A DNA stretch of 53,823 nt from a virus. Shown one piece after another: positions 26,276-36,493 of the stretch. Numbering within the stretch: position 1 is the stretch's first letter; every line of letters begins with the position of its first letter. The notes under the pieces are model-generated. The model saw only the letters and a list, made by a program, of their open reading frames with translations, was not told where the DNA came from and ran no database searches. A program made the translations under genes and the position numbers. The stretch is from the UHGV virus genome UHGV-0209071. One strand, 5' to 3'.

Positions 26276-27560
26276 CGTTCCCCAGGCTCGTTTTCTGGCT
26301 ATGCAGCAGAAGTTCAAAGCCTATGTAGCTGGTTTTGGATCCGGTAAGACATGGGTTGGCTGCGGTGGAATATGCAAAGGGTTCTGGGAGTTCCCCAAAA
26401 TAAACCAAGGCTACTTTGCCCCGACTTATCCTCAGATCCGCGATATTTTCTACCCCACGGTGGAAGAAGTTGCTCACGACTGGGGACTGAAAGTCAAAAT
26501 CGTTGAAAGCAACAAAGAGGTCCATTTCTACAGTGGGCGCCAGTACCGCGGCACGACAATTTGTCGGTCGATGGAAAAGCCCGACACGATAGTAGGCTTT
26601 AAAATCGGCAATGCGCTGGTGGATGAACTCGACGTTCTGAAAGCGGATAAGGCGCGTCAGGCGTGGCGAAAAATAATCGCGCGTATGCGTTATAAAGTTG
26701 ATGGTCTGCGTAATGGCATTGACGTGACTACCACACCTGAAGGATTTAAGTTCGTCTATAACCAGTTTGTTAAGGCTGTGAGGGAAAAGCCTGAACTGAG
26801 GTCGATGTATGGTCTGGTACAGGCTTCGACATTCGACAACGAAAAGAACCTGCCGGATGACTATATTCCTTCGCTTCTGGCGAGTTACCCGCCGGAATTG
26901 ATCAAGGCATATCTGAATGGCCAGTTTACTAACCTGACCAGCGGCACCATTTATCATCAGTTCGACAGAGTGCTGAATAATTCCAGTGAGGAAGAGCAGC
27001 CAGGTGAAGCGCTGTATATCGGGATGGATTTCAACGTCGGGAAGATGGCCGGGATCGTCCATGTATTGCGGCTCGGCTTACCACACGCGGTAACAGAGAT
27101 TATCAACGCTTACGATACGCCAGACATGATACGCATCATCAAGGAACGTTTCTGGCTGTATGCCGACGGTGACTACCGCAAGGTCCGCGAGATTTATATT
27201 TACCCGGATGCCTCTGGTGACTCCAGGAAATCAAACAACGCCAGCAAAACAGATATTGAGCAGCTCCGACAGGCCGGATTTAACGTCATCGTTGATGATG
27301 CTAACCCGCCGGTAAAGGACCGCATCAACTCCATGAACGCCATGTTCTGTAATGGTAATGGTGATCGCCGGTACAAGGTGAATGTGGCCCGTTGCCCGGT
27401 CTATGCCGACTGCCTGGAACAACAGGTGTGGGATAAAAACGGCGAGCCGGATAAAAAGAGCGATAACGATCACCCCAACGATGGCGCTGGTTACTTCATT
27501 GTGAAGCAATTCCCAATCGTTCGACCTGCATTCTCTATTTCACTGGACACGACATTCTGA
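26253..27560 (+). CDS. terminase large subunit
   Basis: Walker A GFGSGKT near N-terminus, 435 aa, followed by portal. Confidence 0.85.
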   Translation: MAIAPTLNVPQARFLAMQQKFKAYVAGFGSGKTWVGCGGICKGFWEFPKINQGYFAPTYPQIRDIFYPTVEEVAHDWGLKVKIVESNKEVHFYSGRQYRGTTICRSMEKPDTIVGFKIGNALVDELDVLKADKARQAWRKIIARMRYKVDGLRNGIDVTTTPEGFKFVYNQFVKAVREKPELRSMYGLVQASTFDNEKNLPDDYIPSLLASYPPELIKAYLNGQFTNLTSGTIYHQFDRVLNNSSEEEQPGEALYIGMDFNVGKMAGIVHVLRLGLPHAVTEIINAYDTPDMIRIIKERFWLYADGDYRKVREIYIYPDASGDSRKSNNASKTDIEQLRQAGFNVIVDDANPPVKDRINSMNAMFCNGNGDRRYKVNVARCPVYADCLEQQVWDKNGEPDKKSDNDHPNDGAGYFIVKQFPIVRPAFSISLDTTF

Positions 27561-28960
27561 TGGCCAATAACGATATTACTTATGTTCGCCCTGAGGTCAG
27601 GGCGGCGATGCCCGTGTGGAAAAAAATTCGTGACGTGTGCAAAGGGGCTGATGCTGTAAAGGCCGCCGGGAATGAATACCTCCCTTTTCTGGATCCGTCC
27701 GATAAGTCTGCACGCAATAAAAAGCGCAATGCTGATTACATTCAGCGCGCCGTTTTCTACGCGATAACGGGCAATACAAAAGTGGGTCTACTGGGGCTGG
27801 CATTCAGAAAAGACCCGACCATGACCGCGCCGGATAAACTGAATTATCTTCGTGACAACGCCGATGGTGCTGGTGCCAGCATTTATCAGCAGTCCCAGCA
27901 GGTTACAGAAAATATTCTGGAGGCCGCGCGCGAGGGGCTTTATACGGATTATGCAGCTGAGACCGACGAGGCGATCATCCTTCGTTATCAGGCGGAAAGC
28001 ATCATTAACTGGCGCACCAAACGCATCAATGGACGTGATCAACTGGTGCTGGTGGTTTTACGTGAATGCATGGAAAAGGAAGATGGTTTTGCGTACGAGG
28101 ATGAAATCCAGTATCGCGAACTGGCTCTGGAGAACGGAAAGTTTGTCTGCCGGGTATGGCGAAAGTCAGCTGACGCAGGCTCTTTTTCCGTCGATTCTGA
28201 GTATCACCCGAAGCCTAAAGGTGAGGATTTTTGGGATGAAATCCCCTTTACCTTCGTTGGTGCACAAAATAACGATCCCAGCATCGACGAGTCGCCTTTA
28301 GCCGCCCTCGTTGAAATTAACCTTGGTCATTATCGAAATTCGGCGGATTACGAAGACAGCGTATTTTTCTGCGGTCAGGTTCAGCCGGTGATTTCCGGGC
28401 TTGATACCGCCTGGCGTGACTGGCTGCAGGATAAGGGAATTCGTGTCGGTTCTCGTTCTCCATTCCTGCTGCCGAAGGAGGGGAGTTTTACCTATGCTCA
28501 GGCGCAACCAAACACCCTGGCTAAAGAGGCGATGGACAGTAAGCGTGATTATTCTGTTCAGCTTGGCGCCCGGCTTATCGAGCAGAACGGCGCGGTTAAA
28601 ACCGCCACGCAATCCAGCGGCGAGCAAACCGCATCCACATCGGTGCTCGGCATTTGCGTTTCCAATGTCTCGGAGGCCTATACGCTGGCGCTCGGCTGGT
28701 GCGCCAGATATCTCGGCATAAAAGGCGAGGAATATCGTTACAGCATCAATCAGGAGTTTATCGCCAAAGTCGCAGAATCCGGCATGGTAACGGCAATCGT
28801 CAATGCCTGGCAGTACGGTGCGATTCGCGACACTGATATGGTCAGAGCTCTGCAGAGGCTTGACCTGATAGATCCTGCTGACGACCCTGAAACTGTCATT
28901 GACGCTATTCGTAACGGCGCGCCTAACCTGATTGGTGGCAATAATGGCAACGGCGAATGA
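27560..28960 (+). CDS. portal protein
   Basis: 466 aa immediately after terL and before MuF-like gene; canonical order. Confidence 0.75.
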   Translation: MANNDITYVRPEVRAAMPVWKKIRDVCKGADAVKAAGNEYLPFLDPSDKSARNKKRNADYIQRAVFYAITGNTKVGLLGLAFRKDPTMTAPDKLNYLRDNADGAGASIYQQSQQVTENILEAAREGLYTDYAAETDEAIILRYQAESIINWRTKRINGRDQLVLVVLRECMEKEDGFAYEDEIQYRELALENGKFVCRVWRKSADAGSFSVDSEYHPKPKGEDFWDEIPFTFVGAQNNDPSIDESPLAALVEINLGHYRNSADYEDSVFFCGQVQPVISGLDTAWRDWLQDKGIRVGSRSPFLLPKEGSFTYAQAQPNTLAKEAMDSKRDYSVQLGARLIEQNGAVKTATQSSGEQTASTSVLGICVSNVSEAYTLALGWCARYLGIKGEEYRYSINQEFIAKVAESGMVTAIVNAWQYGAIRDTDMVRALQRLDLIDPADDPETVIDAIRNGAPNLIGGNNGNGE

Positions 28961-30056
28961 CAAACTGCATGATGAATCCATAGCCCACGCTATATGGGTT
29001 AGTCGCTACAGCACCGGCGTTGCCAACAGGATGATAAAAGTCCTGAATGACAGCGACGCCGAACTTACCGCAAGGTTGCTGGTGGCTATTGATACGCTGG
29101 ACGCTGAGAGCTTTACCGTTTCTAGGCTGGAAGCGTTACTGGTAAGCGTCAGGGCGATAAACAAGGATGCGATTCAGTCGATGTATGCAGCTCTTACTGC
29201 CGAGTTGCAGGAACTGGCGAAGCACGAAGCCACTTTTCAGATGAGCCTCTTCCAGTTTGCTATTCCCGACGATGTTCTTGCTCTTCATCCGCTGGTGGGC
29301 ATCTCCCCGGATGCGGTTTATGCCGCGGCGATGGGGCGTCCATTCCAGGGACGTTTGCTAAGCGAATGGGCCAGCAACCTCGAAGCTGATCGTATGGCGC
29401 GCATATCCAATACGGTGCGGCAGGGTTTTCTCCTGGGCGATACGCATGAGCAGATCGCAAAAAAGGTTCGTGGACATGCTAACCGCGGCTACCAGGATGG
29501 TGCGCTTCAGATGAGCCGGGCCAATGCGGCCAGCATAGCGAAAACAGCAGTAGGGCATCTTGCATCAACAGCAAGACAAAGCTTTGCGTCGGCGAACGAC
29601 GACATTCTGAAGGGTAAGCAGTGGTTATCTACTTTGGATAACCGGACATCAAAGGATTGTCGGATCCGCGACCGACTCAAGTACACGCTGGATAATAAAC
29701 CGATAGGGCACAAGGTGCCTTATTTGCAGGGACCTGGGAAAATCCACTTTTGCTGTCGGAGCACCGAAACTTACATCCTGAAATCGTCCGAGGAATTAGG
29801 TATTAAAGTCGGCGAAATCAAGGATAGCTCGCGCGCCAGCATGGATGGACAGTTTCCGGCTGACACGAATTACCAGGACTGGTTCTCCCGGCAGTCGTTC
29901 ACGCGACAAGCTGAGATTGTCGGAGAAACGCGCGCCAGGCTGATTCGTGATGGCGGCATGTCTCCCGATGAGTTCTACAACGACAGGGGCGAGTGGCTGA
30001 CGCTGGACCAGTTGCGCTCAAAGGATGAGCAGGCATTCAGAAACGCCAGGCTTTAA
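28932..30056 (+). CDS. head morphogenesis protein (Mu F-like minor capsid)
   Basis: 374 aa, Mu-F-like region; position after portal. Confidence 0.65.
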   Translation: MVAIMATANDKLHDESIAHAIWVSRYSTGVANRMIKVLNDSDAELTARLLVAIDTLDAESFTVSRLEALLVSVRAINKDAIQSMYAALTAELQELAKHEATFQMSLFQFAIPDDVLALHPLVGISPDAVYAAAMGRPFQGRLLSEWASNLEADRMARISNTVRQGFLLGDTHEQIAKKVRGHANRGYQDGALQMSRANAASIAKTAVGHLASTARQSFASANDDILKGKQWLSTLDNRTSKDCRIRDRLKYTLDNKPIGHKVPYLQGPGKIHFCCRSTETYILKSSEELGIKVGEIKDSSRASMDGQFPADTNYQDWFSRQSFTRQAEIVGETRARLIRDGGMSPDEFYNDRGEWLTLDQLRSKDEQAFRNARL

Positions 30057-30141
30057 CCAACATATCTTATTCAATCAGGCTGCCTTCGGGCGGCCTTTTT
30101 TTATTGGGCCAGGCCCACAGTAACTATCCCAAGGGGACAAC

Positions 30142-30927
30142 ATGCTTATTCGTAACATGCTCATTAAATATTATTCGGCAGCTGGTGGTGAAGGTGGTGA
30201 TGGCGGTGGATCCGGTAGTGGTGCGCCCGAGATTACGCCGGAAATCCAAAAGCTGATCGATGAGCAGGTCAGTGCTCAGGTTTCAGGCCTGAAAAATAAA
30301 AATAGTGAGTTACTCGGTAAGCTCAAAGAGTCCACTGAGTCGCTTAAGCGTTTTGAAGGTATCGATCCTGACGCGGTGAAAACTATTCTCCAGCGTTTCT
30401 CTGATGATGAAGAGGCGCAACTGATCGCCGCCGGGAAAATTGACGAGGTACTGGATAAACGCACTGAGCGGCTACGTGCTGATGTTGATAAGCAAATCAA
30501 AGCCGCTAATGAACGCGCTGAAAAGGCGGAAGCGTTCTCCAACAAATTCCGTGATCGTGTCCTGGGTGATGCTATCCGCAGTGCAGCGCTTAAGGCAGGC
30601 GCGCTGCCAGAAGCATCCGACGATCTGATTCTTCGTGCTAAAGGCACATTCCAGCTCAACGACGAAGGCGAGGCCGTAGCAGTTGATGCAAATGGCGATG
30701 TTCTGTTCGGTAAAGACGGCAAAACTCCGCTCACCCCGGTTGAGTGGGCTGAATCTCTGAAAGAGACGGCCCCGCACCTGTTCCCGCGCGCCGAAGGCTC
30801 CGGGGCTGGTGGTCATAAACCCGGTGGCGGTGGCGGTAGTCTGAAACGTTCAGAAATGAGCTCAAGCGACAAAGCGGACTACATCCGCAAACATGGCCAG
30901 CAGGCCTATCTCAAATTGCCTAAGTAA
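30142..30927 (+). CDS. scaffolding protein
   Basis: 261 aa, Gly-rich ends and long charged helical core, directly upstream of major capsid gene. Confidence 0.65.
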   Translation: MLIRNMLIKYYSAAGGEGGDGGGSGSGAPEITPEIQKLIDEQVSAQVSGLKNKNSELLGKLKESTESLKRFEGIDPDAVKTILQRFSDDEEAQLIAAGKIDEVLDKRTERLRADVDKQIKAANERAEKAEAFSNKFRDRVLGDAIRSAALKAGALPEASDDLILRAKGTFQLNDEGEAVAVDANGDVLFGKDGKTPLTPVEWAESLKETAPHLFPRAEGSGAGGHKPGGGGGSLKRSEMSSSDKADYIRKHGQQAYLKLPK

Positions 30928-30937
30928 GGACTAATCA

Positions 30938-31891
30938 ATGCCTACGACCGTAAACAGTGACCTGATTATCTATGACGACCTCGCGCAGACTGCGTTTCTT
31001 GAGCGTCGCCAGGATAATCTGGAAGTCTTCAACGCCGCTTCAAACGGCGCAATCATTCTCGACAACGAACTGATCGAGGGTGATTTTCGCAAGCGCACCT
31101 TCTATAAAGTTGGTGGTTCTATCGAATCGCGCAACGTTAACTCCACCGACCCGGTAACGGGTAAAAAAATCGGTGCCGGTGAATCTGTCAGCGTTAAGGC
31201 GCCGTGGAAATACGGCCCGTATGAAACCACGGAGGAGGCGTTTAAACGTCGGGGTCGCGACGTTAGCGAATTCTCCGAGGTGATCGGCGTCGACGTCGCT
31301 GATGCAACGCTTGAAGGTTATATCAAGTATGCCCTACAGGGTCTTGTTGCAGCCATTGGCGCAAATGCTGACATGACGGTATCCGCGGATATTGCCACTG
31401 ATGGTAAGAAAACGCTGACCCGTGGCCTGCGTAAATACGGCGATAAATTTAACCGTGTTGCGCTGTTCGTTATGCATTCCACGACCTATTTCGACATTGT
31501 TGATCAGGCTATCGACAACAAAATTTACGAAGAAGCTGGCGTGGTGGTTTATGGCGGACAGCCAGGCACGTTGGGTAAACCGGTGCTGGTAACTGACACA
31601 ATGCCAGTTGATGCGATTCTGGGGCTGGTGGCCGGCGCGGTATCCGTAACGGAATCACAGGCTCCGGGCTTCCGTTCCTACGATATCAACGACCAGGAAA
31701 ACCTTGCCATTGGCTATCGCGCAGAGGGCACGGTTAACGTTGAACTGCTGGGTTACAGCTGGGATGAGACGAAGGGCGCTAACCCTGACCTGACCAAAAT
31801 CGGCACCGGCGCGAACTGGAAGAAACATTTCACCAGTAACAAATCCACTGCAGGCGTACTGATTAAGCTGGAAGCCCCTGCGGGGGAGTAA
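30938..31891 (+). CDS. major capsid protein
   Basis: 317 aa, position after scaffold; GGA RBS. Confidence 0.75.
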   Translation: MPTTVNSDLIIYDDLAQTAFLERRQDNLEVFNAASNGAIILDNELIEGDFRKRTFYKVGGSIESRNVNSTDPVTGKKIGAGESVSVKAPWKYGPYETTEEAFKRRGRDVSEFSEVIGVDVADATLEGYIKYALQGLVAAIGANADMTVSADIATDGKKTLTRGLRKYGDKFNRVALFVMHSTTYFDIVDQAIDNKIYEEAGVVVYGGQPGTLGKPVLVTDTMPVDAILGLVAGAVSVTESQAPGFRSYDINDQENLAIGYRAEGTVNVELLGYSWDETKGANPDLTKIGTGANWKKHFTSNKSTAGVLIKLEAPAGE

Positions 31892-31899
31892 CCCTGTCA

Positions 31900-32172
31900 G
31901 TGGATAAAACTTCCGCAACTGCTGACAGTACCGACGCGGTGACCGTTTCGCTCAAGTACACCAGAAATGGTGCCGGAGTCTCCGGCGCATCTGTGGCGTG
32001 GACGTCTACAGGCGGCACACTCAGTGCTTCGACGTCACAGACAGGGTCTGCTGGTGGCTCGACGGTGAAACTCACCTCTGCTACGGCCGGCTCCTTGACG
32101 GTGACGGCTACCGTTGACGGCGTGGTGAAAACAACTGAAGCGATCGCGTTCACTGCTCCAGCGGGTGGTTAA
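31900..32172 (+). CDS. Ig-like (Big_2-type) domain protein, GTG start; lies in the -1 frame relative to the capsid gene
   Basis: Thr/Ser/Gly-rich beta-sandwich-like sequence; GGGGGAG 10 nt upstream of GTG; frame open from 31867. Confidence 0.5.
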   Translation: MDKTSATADSTDAVTVSLKYTRNGAGVSGASVAWTSTGGTLSASTSQTGSAGGSTVKLTSATAGSLTVTATVDGVVKTTEAIAFTAPAGG

Positions 32173-32212
32173 CTGACGGGGCGAAAGCCCCGTTTCTTTT
32201 GGTGAGGATCCG

Positions 32213-32608
32213 ATGACCGTTTATATAACAATCCAGGACGTTGACGAGTTGCTGGGGGATACCTGGGCTACCGCCGACAAAAAGGGTAAAGCTGTGCTCC
32301 AGGCAAACACCTGGATGACGGCGCTTAACCTTCAGGATATCGACCAGGAACATATTCCCGAAGAGGTTAAGCAGGCCGGAGCGTTTATCTCTTCCGTTGC
32401 CGCTGCAGGCAATCTGTATCAGCAAAAAACGGATTCCGGCGTGGTGACGAGCAAAAGCGTTGAGGCTGATGATGTAAAGGTTTCCCGAACGTTTGCCGAG
32501 ATTTCAACTACTAGCGCTGAATTACTCGATCCGGATTTGCAACTGGCACTGGATATGCTCAAACCGTGGATGATTAACCCGTTTCAGACGTTCTTTGTGA
32601 GGGCGTGA
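32213..32608 (+). CDS. head-tail connector (gp6-like)
   Basis: 131 aa, position and acidic profile. Confidence 0.55.
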   Translation: MTVYITIQDVDELLGDTWATADKKGKAVLQANTWMTALNLQDIDQEHIPEEVKQAGAFISSVAAAGNLYQQKTDSGVVTSKSVEADDVKVSRTFAEISTTSAELLDPDLQLALDMLKPWMINPFQTFFVRA

Positions 32609-32609
32609 T

Positions 32610-32993
32610 ATGGGAATTCGTGACGAGCTGCAAACCGAAGTCGCCGCAGCATTCGATACCGACCTGCAGGATGCCGTTAAGGATTTCACTGGGTCATACA
32701 CCGTTCGGGGTGCCTGGGATCCGGTGACGGAAACCGGCACTGAAACGAAGGTGACTTACTCGGGGCGTGGAGTGCTGGCGCGCTATAAACTGCGCCGTAT
32801 CGATGGCGTTAACATTCTGCATGGTGATGTGAAGCTAGCCGCCCTGGTTAACGAGGTGACTGATAAGCCGGCCGTCGGGCATATCATCACCGCACCGGAT
32901 CCGATTACGGGAGAGCTTCAGCGCTACGAAGTCATCACTGCTTCTGCCGACTCTGCTGGCGCTGCGTACTCCATTCAACTGCGGAGGGTGTGA
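32610..32993 (+). CDS. head-closure / head-tail adaptor protein
   Basis: 127 aa in head-tail joining block. Confidence 0.5.
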   Translation: MGIRDELQTEVAAAFDTDLQDAVKDFTGSYTVRGAWDPVTETGTETKVTYSGRGVLARYKLRRIDGVNILHGDVKLAALVNEVTDKPAVGHIITAPDPITGELQRYEVITASADSAGAAYSIQLRRV

Positions 32994-32994
32994 T

Positions 32995-33546
32995 ATGGCT
33001 AAGGGCTGGAACATTGACCCGGCGGCATTCGCCGGACTGGTGGCCGAAGATGTCAAACTGCGCCAGCGGACAATCGCTATTCAGCTGCTGAATGAAATCG
33101 TTCAGCGATCGCCTGTAGGTAACCCGGAGCTGTGGGCCATCAACGCGACAGCGGTTCAATACAACAAAGCTGTTGGGGAATGGAACGAATCTCTTTATGC
33201 CGATCCTGCTAACCTGACCAAAACCGGAAGGCTCAGGAAGAAAGTCCGTGTTAATGACAGCATGGATATCAGGCGGCCGGCTGAGTATCGCGCAGGAACC
33301 TTCAGGGCATCGCATTTTGTCAGCATCGGCGCACCCGATCACTCCGTCCCGACCGAACCGGATCCGCGTGGGACAATGACGTTTCTTAATGGCAAAAATA
33401 TTATTGACCAGGCGCCAGCCTACTCGGTGATTTACATCCAGTCGAACCTGCCTTACTCCGTGCCTCTGGAGAATGGCCACTCAACACAGGCTCCGACAGG
33501 CGTCTATGCCGTCTCGTTTAATGGTGTGATTCAGGCCTACAAATGA
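32995..33546 (+). CDS. tail-completion (HK97 gp10-like) protein
   Basis: 183 aa; order. Confidence 0.5.
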   Translation: MAKGWNIDPAAFAGLVAEDVKLRQRTIAIQLLNEIVQRSPVGNPELWAINATAVQYNKAVGEWNESLYADPANLTKTGRLRKKVRVNDSMDIRRPAEYRAGTFRASHFVSIGAPDHSVPTEPDPRGTMTFLNGKNIIDQAPAYSVIYIQSNLPYSVPLENGHSTQAPTGVYAVSFNGVIQAYK

Positions 33547-33935
33547 CCCTTACAGAAATCAGAAACGCTGTCATTTCCCGAATGGCGGCACAGACCGCTA
33601 TTGCCTCTGATGCGGTGGATTATCCCAATGGTCCTGTATTTGACCCCAACAACCGCGATATCTGGGCCCGCCTCACCAACATTGCAGGACAGGCTGGCGC
33701 AACCGAGATCGGGAATGGGCCGGTCGTCCACAGGACGGGCTTACTCATCATTCAGCTGTTTGTTCCGGTCGGATCCGGGACGTTGCTTATCTCCCGAACG
33801 GCCGACCAGCTAACGGAGCTATTCGAGTTTAAGGACGACGGAAAGCTGAGTTATTTCGCTGTTTCTGCTGTGCCGGCGGGTGAGACCGATGGCTGGTTAC
33901 AGCTCAATCTTCAAATTCCTTATCGCGCTCTGTAG
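33543..33935 (+). CDS. tail terminator protein
   Basis: 130 aa immediately before major tail gene. Confidence 0.5.
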   Translation: MTLTEIRNAVISRMAAQTAIASDAVDYPNGPVFDPNNRDIWARLTNIAGQAGATEIGNGPVVHRTGLLIIQLFVPVGSGTLLISRTADQLTELFEFKDDGKLSYFAVSAVPAGETDGWLQLNLQIPYRAL

Positions 33936-33958
33936 CGCACAAAAAACAGGAGGCTCCT

Positions 33959-35131
33959 GTGAGCTCAGGTGCAAAAGTAGTAGCCGCGTTTATTCGCGAG
34001 ACAACACCAGGAATCACGCCTACAGCAGGGGCGTGGAACCTGCTGCGTCGTTCTTCATTTGGTCTGAAACCAACGCAGAACACCAACGACAATGACGAAA
34101 TCGCTGGTGACCGCATGGCGCAGGGTGTTTCACGCGGCACAGTGGATGTCGGCGGCGATGTCGGCACGCGGTTTCGCTGGAACCAGCATGATGATTTTCT
34201 TGCCAGCTGCTTCGGTTCCGAATGGGTAAATAACGTGCTGACGATGGGTAATGGTCGCATTACGTTCTCCGTGGCGACTTTTGCCAGTGATGTGGGGATC
34301 GCCCAGATTGCCCGCGGTTGCCAGGTTGGCACCTTCCAGATGGAAATCCCGGCCGATGGTGATATCACCGCAACCGTTACGTTTGCAGGGCTGGACTGGG
34401 AGACGAAGGGGGACGATACCAGCTATTTCACCACGCCGGTTGATTTAGCGGGGGCCCTGCGCTACTCCTTCAAGGAGGTCACGAACATCCGGCTAAATGG
34501 TGTTGATGGCGGGACAGGTTTCTGCGTCGACACCTTCAACATCCAGTTCAACAACAATATGCAGACTCAGCGCTGCATCGGTACCGGTTCGGCATTCGCC
34601 GGCGCAAACATTCCGACAACCTTTACCCCGTCAGGTCAAATCACGCTGTCATGGTCAAAGGCTGCATGGGAGGTTTACAAAAAAACGTTCACCGGCGAAA
34701 CGGTGCCGTTTAGCTTCTCCCTGGAGAATGCTGAAGGCTCCTATACCTTCGATTTCCCGGAAGTGCAGATCTCCGGCGACTGGCCGGATGCGGGGAGCAC
34801 TGACATTGTTCAGGTTCAGCTGGATATCACCGCGGCCAATACTCCGCCGACGATTACGCGCGTGCCTAAAGTGCCGGCGACGGCAATCAGTGTTGCGCCA
34901 GCCACTTCAACTGGGGCCGTGGGTTCTACTGTGACGTTAACCGCCACGCTTACGCCAGCTGATTCAACTGATACCGTCCAGTGGACGTCATCGGATCCGA
35001 CTATCGCCAGTGTGGTTTCTACAGGGCAGAAAACAGCGAAGGTCACGCGTAACGCAGCCGGTACTGCAATCATCACTGGTAAGGCTCGCACCTTTACCGC
35101 AACGTCTGAAATCACCGTTACCGCGCCTTAA
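33959..35131 (+). CDS. major tail (tube) protein with C-terminal Ig-like Big_2 domain
   Basis: 390 aa; C-terminal TVTLTATLTPADSTDTVQWTSSDPTIASV Big_2-like segment. Confidence 0.75.
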   Translation: MSSGAKVVAAFIRETTPGITPTAGAWNLLRRSSFGLKPTQNTNDNDEIAGDRMAQGVSRGTVDVGGDVGTRFRWNQHDDFLASCFGSEWVNNVLTMGNGRITFSVATFASDVGIAQIARGCQVGTFQMEIPADGDITATVTFAGLDWETKGDDTSYFTTPVDLAGALRYSFKEVTNIRLNGVDGGTGFCVDTFNIQFNNNMQTQRCIGTGSAFAGANIPTTFTPSGQITLSWSKAAWEVYKKTFTGETVPFSFSLENAEGSYTFDFPEVQISGDWPDAGSTDIVQVQLDITAANTPPTITRVPKVPATAISVAPATSTGAVGSTVTLTATLTPADSTDTVQWTSSDPTIASVVSTGQKTAKVTRNAAGTAIITGKARTFTATSEITVTAP

Positions 35132-35172
35132 TTTACCTGGCCCGTTCTGCAGTCATCGCGGATCGGGCTTTT

Positions 35173-35667
35173 TTGGGAGTCTTTATGCTGATTATTTCTT
35201 CTCAAATTGATTTGAACGGAGAACGCTGGTTTTTCCCTTACAAAAAGCCAGCAGGAAGTAAAAAGAAATTCACGCCGGAAGACGAGGCGCTATTTAAACT
35301 CCGTCTGCTGGTGGCCAGTAGCGAGAATCCACAATACCGCTCACGCAATGCGCTGGTGCGGCGCCATATCGACAAAATGGACGCGAGCTACCAGGTCGGT
35401 ACGAATGCTTTCGATCTCGCCAGTGTGGGCGAGATTGACTCGGTTGATGATCTTCTCATCGACAATTGCGCGCGCTTTCTTCTGAAAGACTGGGAAGGCG
35501 TGGGGGAGCTGGTGGATGGTGCGGAGACGGCGGTAGCGTATACACCGGAGCGTGGTGTTGCGTTACTGAAGCAAAACCCCTCTCTGTACTGGCTTATTCT
35601 GGCTGAGGCGGCGAATATTGCTCAGGGTAAGGAGCAGCAGACTCAGGAAACCGTAAAAAAGCCATAG
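35173..35667 (+). CDS. tail assembly chaperone G
   Basis: 164 aa directly before tape-measure region; contains slippery site near 3' end. Confidence 0.7.
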   Translation: MGVFMLIISSQIDLNGERWFFPYKKPAGSKKKFTPEDEALFKLRLLVASSENPQYRSRNALVRRHIDKMDASYQVGTNAFDLASVGEIDSVDDLLIDNCARFLLKDWEGVGELVDGAETAVAYTPERGVALLKQNPSLYWLILAEAANIAQGKEQQTQETVKKP

Positions 35668-36011
35668 AGGCCCAAAAGTGGCTAAAGGAATTCGCTGGCG
35701 AGCAGGGCGAGAAAGCAAAGTGGCGCAGGGAGAAACTAAATCTCCCGCCCATTCCGGAGCCTGAAATTGATGCGGTCACTGGGGAGATCCTCAACGCTTA
35801 CGCCATGATATCGCGCGGCAGGAAGTATGCCGGCATGGCCGGAGTGCCGCTCCCTCTATCCCTGAATGATATTGAGCTTTACCTGGCATCGCGCACCATC
35901 CTGATCGACCGCATTGAGTTTGACGCAGCGATACTGGCTCTTGATGATGCCTGGAGGGCTGAGTGGGCAGAGGCACAGAAACGTGCAGCAGATAAGAAAG
36001 GAAGCAACTGA
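35173..36011 (+). other. GT tail-chaperone fusion produced by programmed -1 frameshift at A_AAA_AAG (35650-35656)
   Basis: Heptamer A AAA AAG in G frame (gtA AAA AAG cca tag); -1 frame stays open to TGA at 36009-36011 and encodes T domain. Confidence 0.65.
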
Positions 36012-36087
36012 CCTACCATTAATGGTGGTCCATGCTACTAAAAGTCGATGATAGGATGTTTCCGATTGCAATCAAAGGAAACATATA

Positions 36088-36444
36088 ATGAAAAAAGTCA
36101 TCGCCTTGGCGCTTGGAGCGCTGTTACTTTCTGGTTGTACAGTGCGTGTTGCAGATTTGACTGTGGCGAGCACTAAAAATTACAACCTCAATGGGGGTAA
36201 GTTCTATAAAGGGAAACGTGTAACAGCAGAAGATAGCTATCCGGTTATCATCTTCCCTCTTGGCATCCCGAACGTTAAAACAGCCGCTGATCGAGCGATT
36301 GAAAAAGATCGCTGTGCAGTTGGTCTGTCTGACGTAGTTGTCACTCAACTTAACCATTCCTTCCTGTTCGGTAAGATTGGTCTGCGTGTTGAGGGGAATC
36401 TTGTGATTGACCGCAGCCTGCCGGGTTGCGAGAACGCAAGCTGA
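36088..36444 (+). CDS. lipoprotein (signal peptide + lipobox LLSGC), moron inside tail operon
   Basis: MKKVIALALGALLLSGC; 118 aa. Confidence 0.65.
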   Translation: MKKVIALALGALLLSGCTVRVADLTVASTKNYNLNGGKFYKGKRVTAEDSYPVIIFPLGIPNVKTAADRAIEKDRCAVGLSDVVVTQLNHSFLFGKIGLRVEGNLVIDRSLPGCENAS

Positions 36445-36493
36445 TTGATAAGGCCACCTTCGGGTGGCTTTTTGCTTATGGGAGGGGAGGAGT

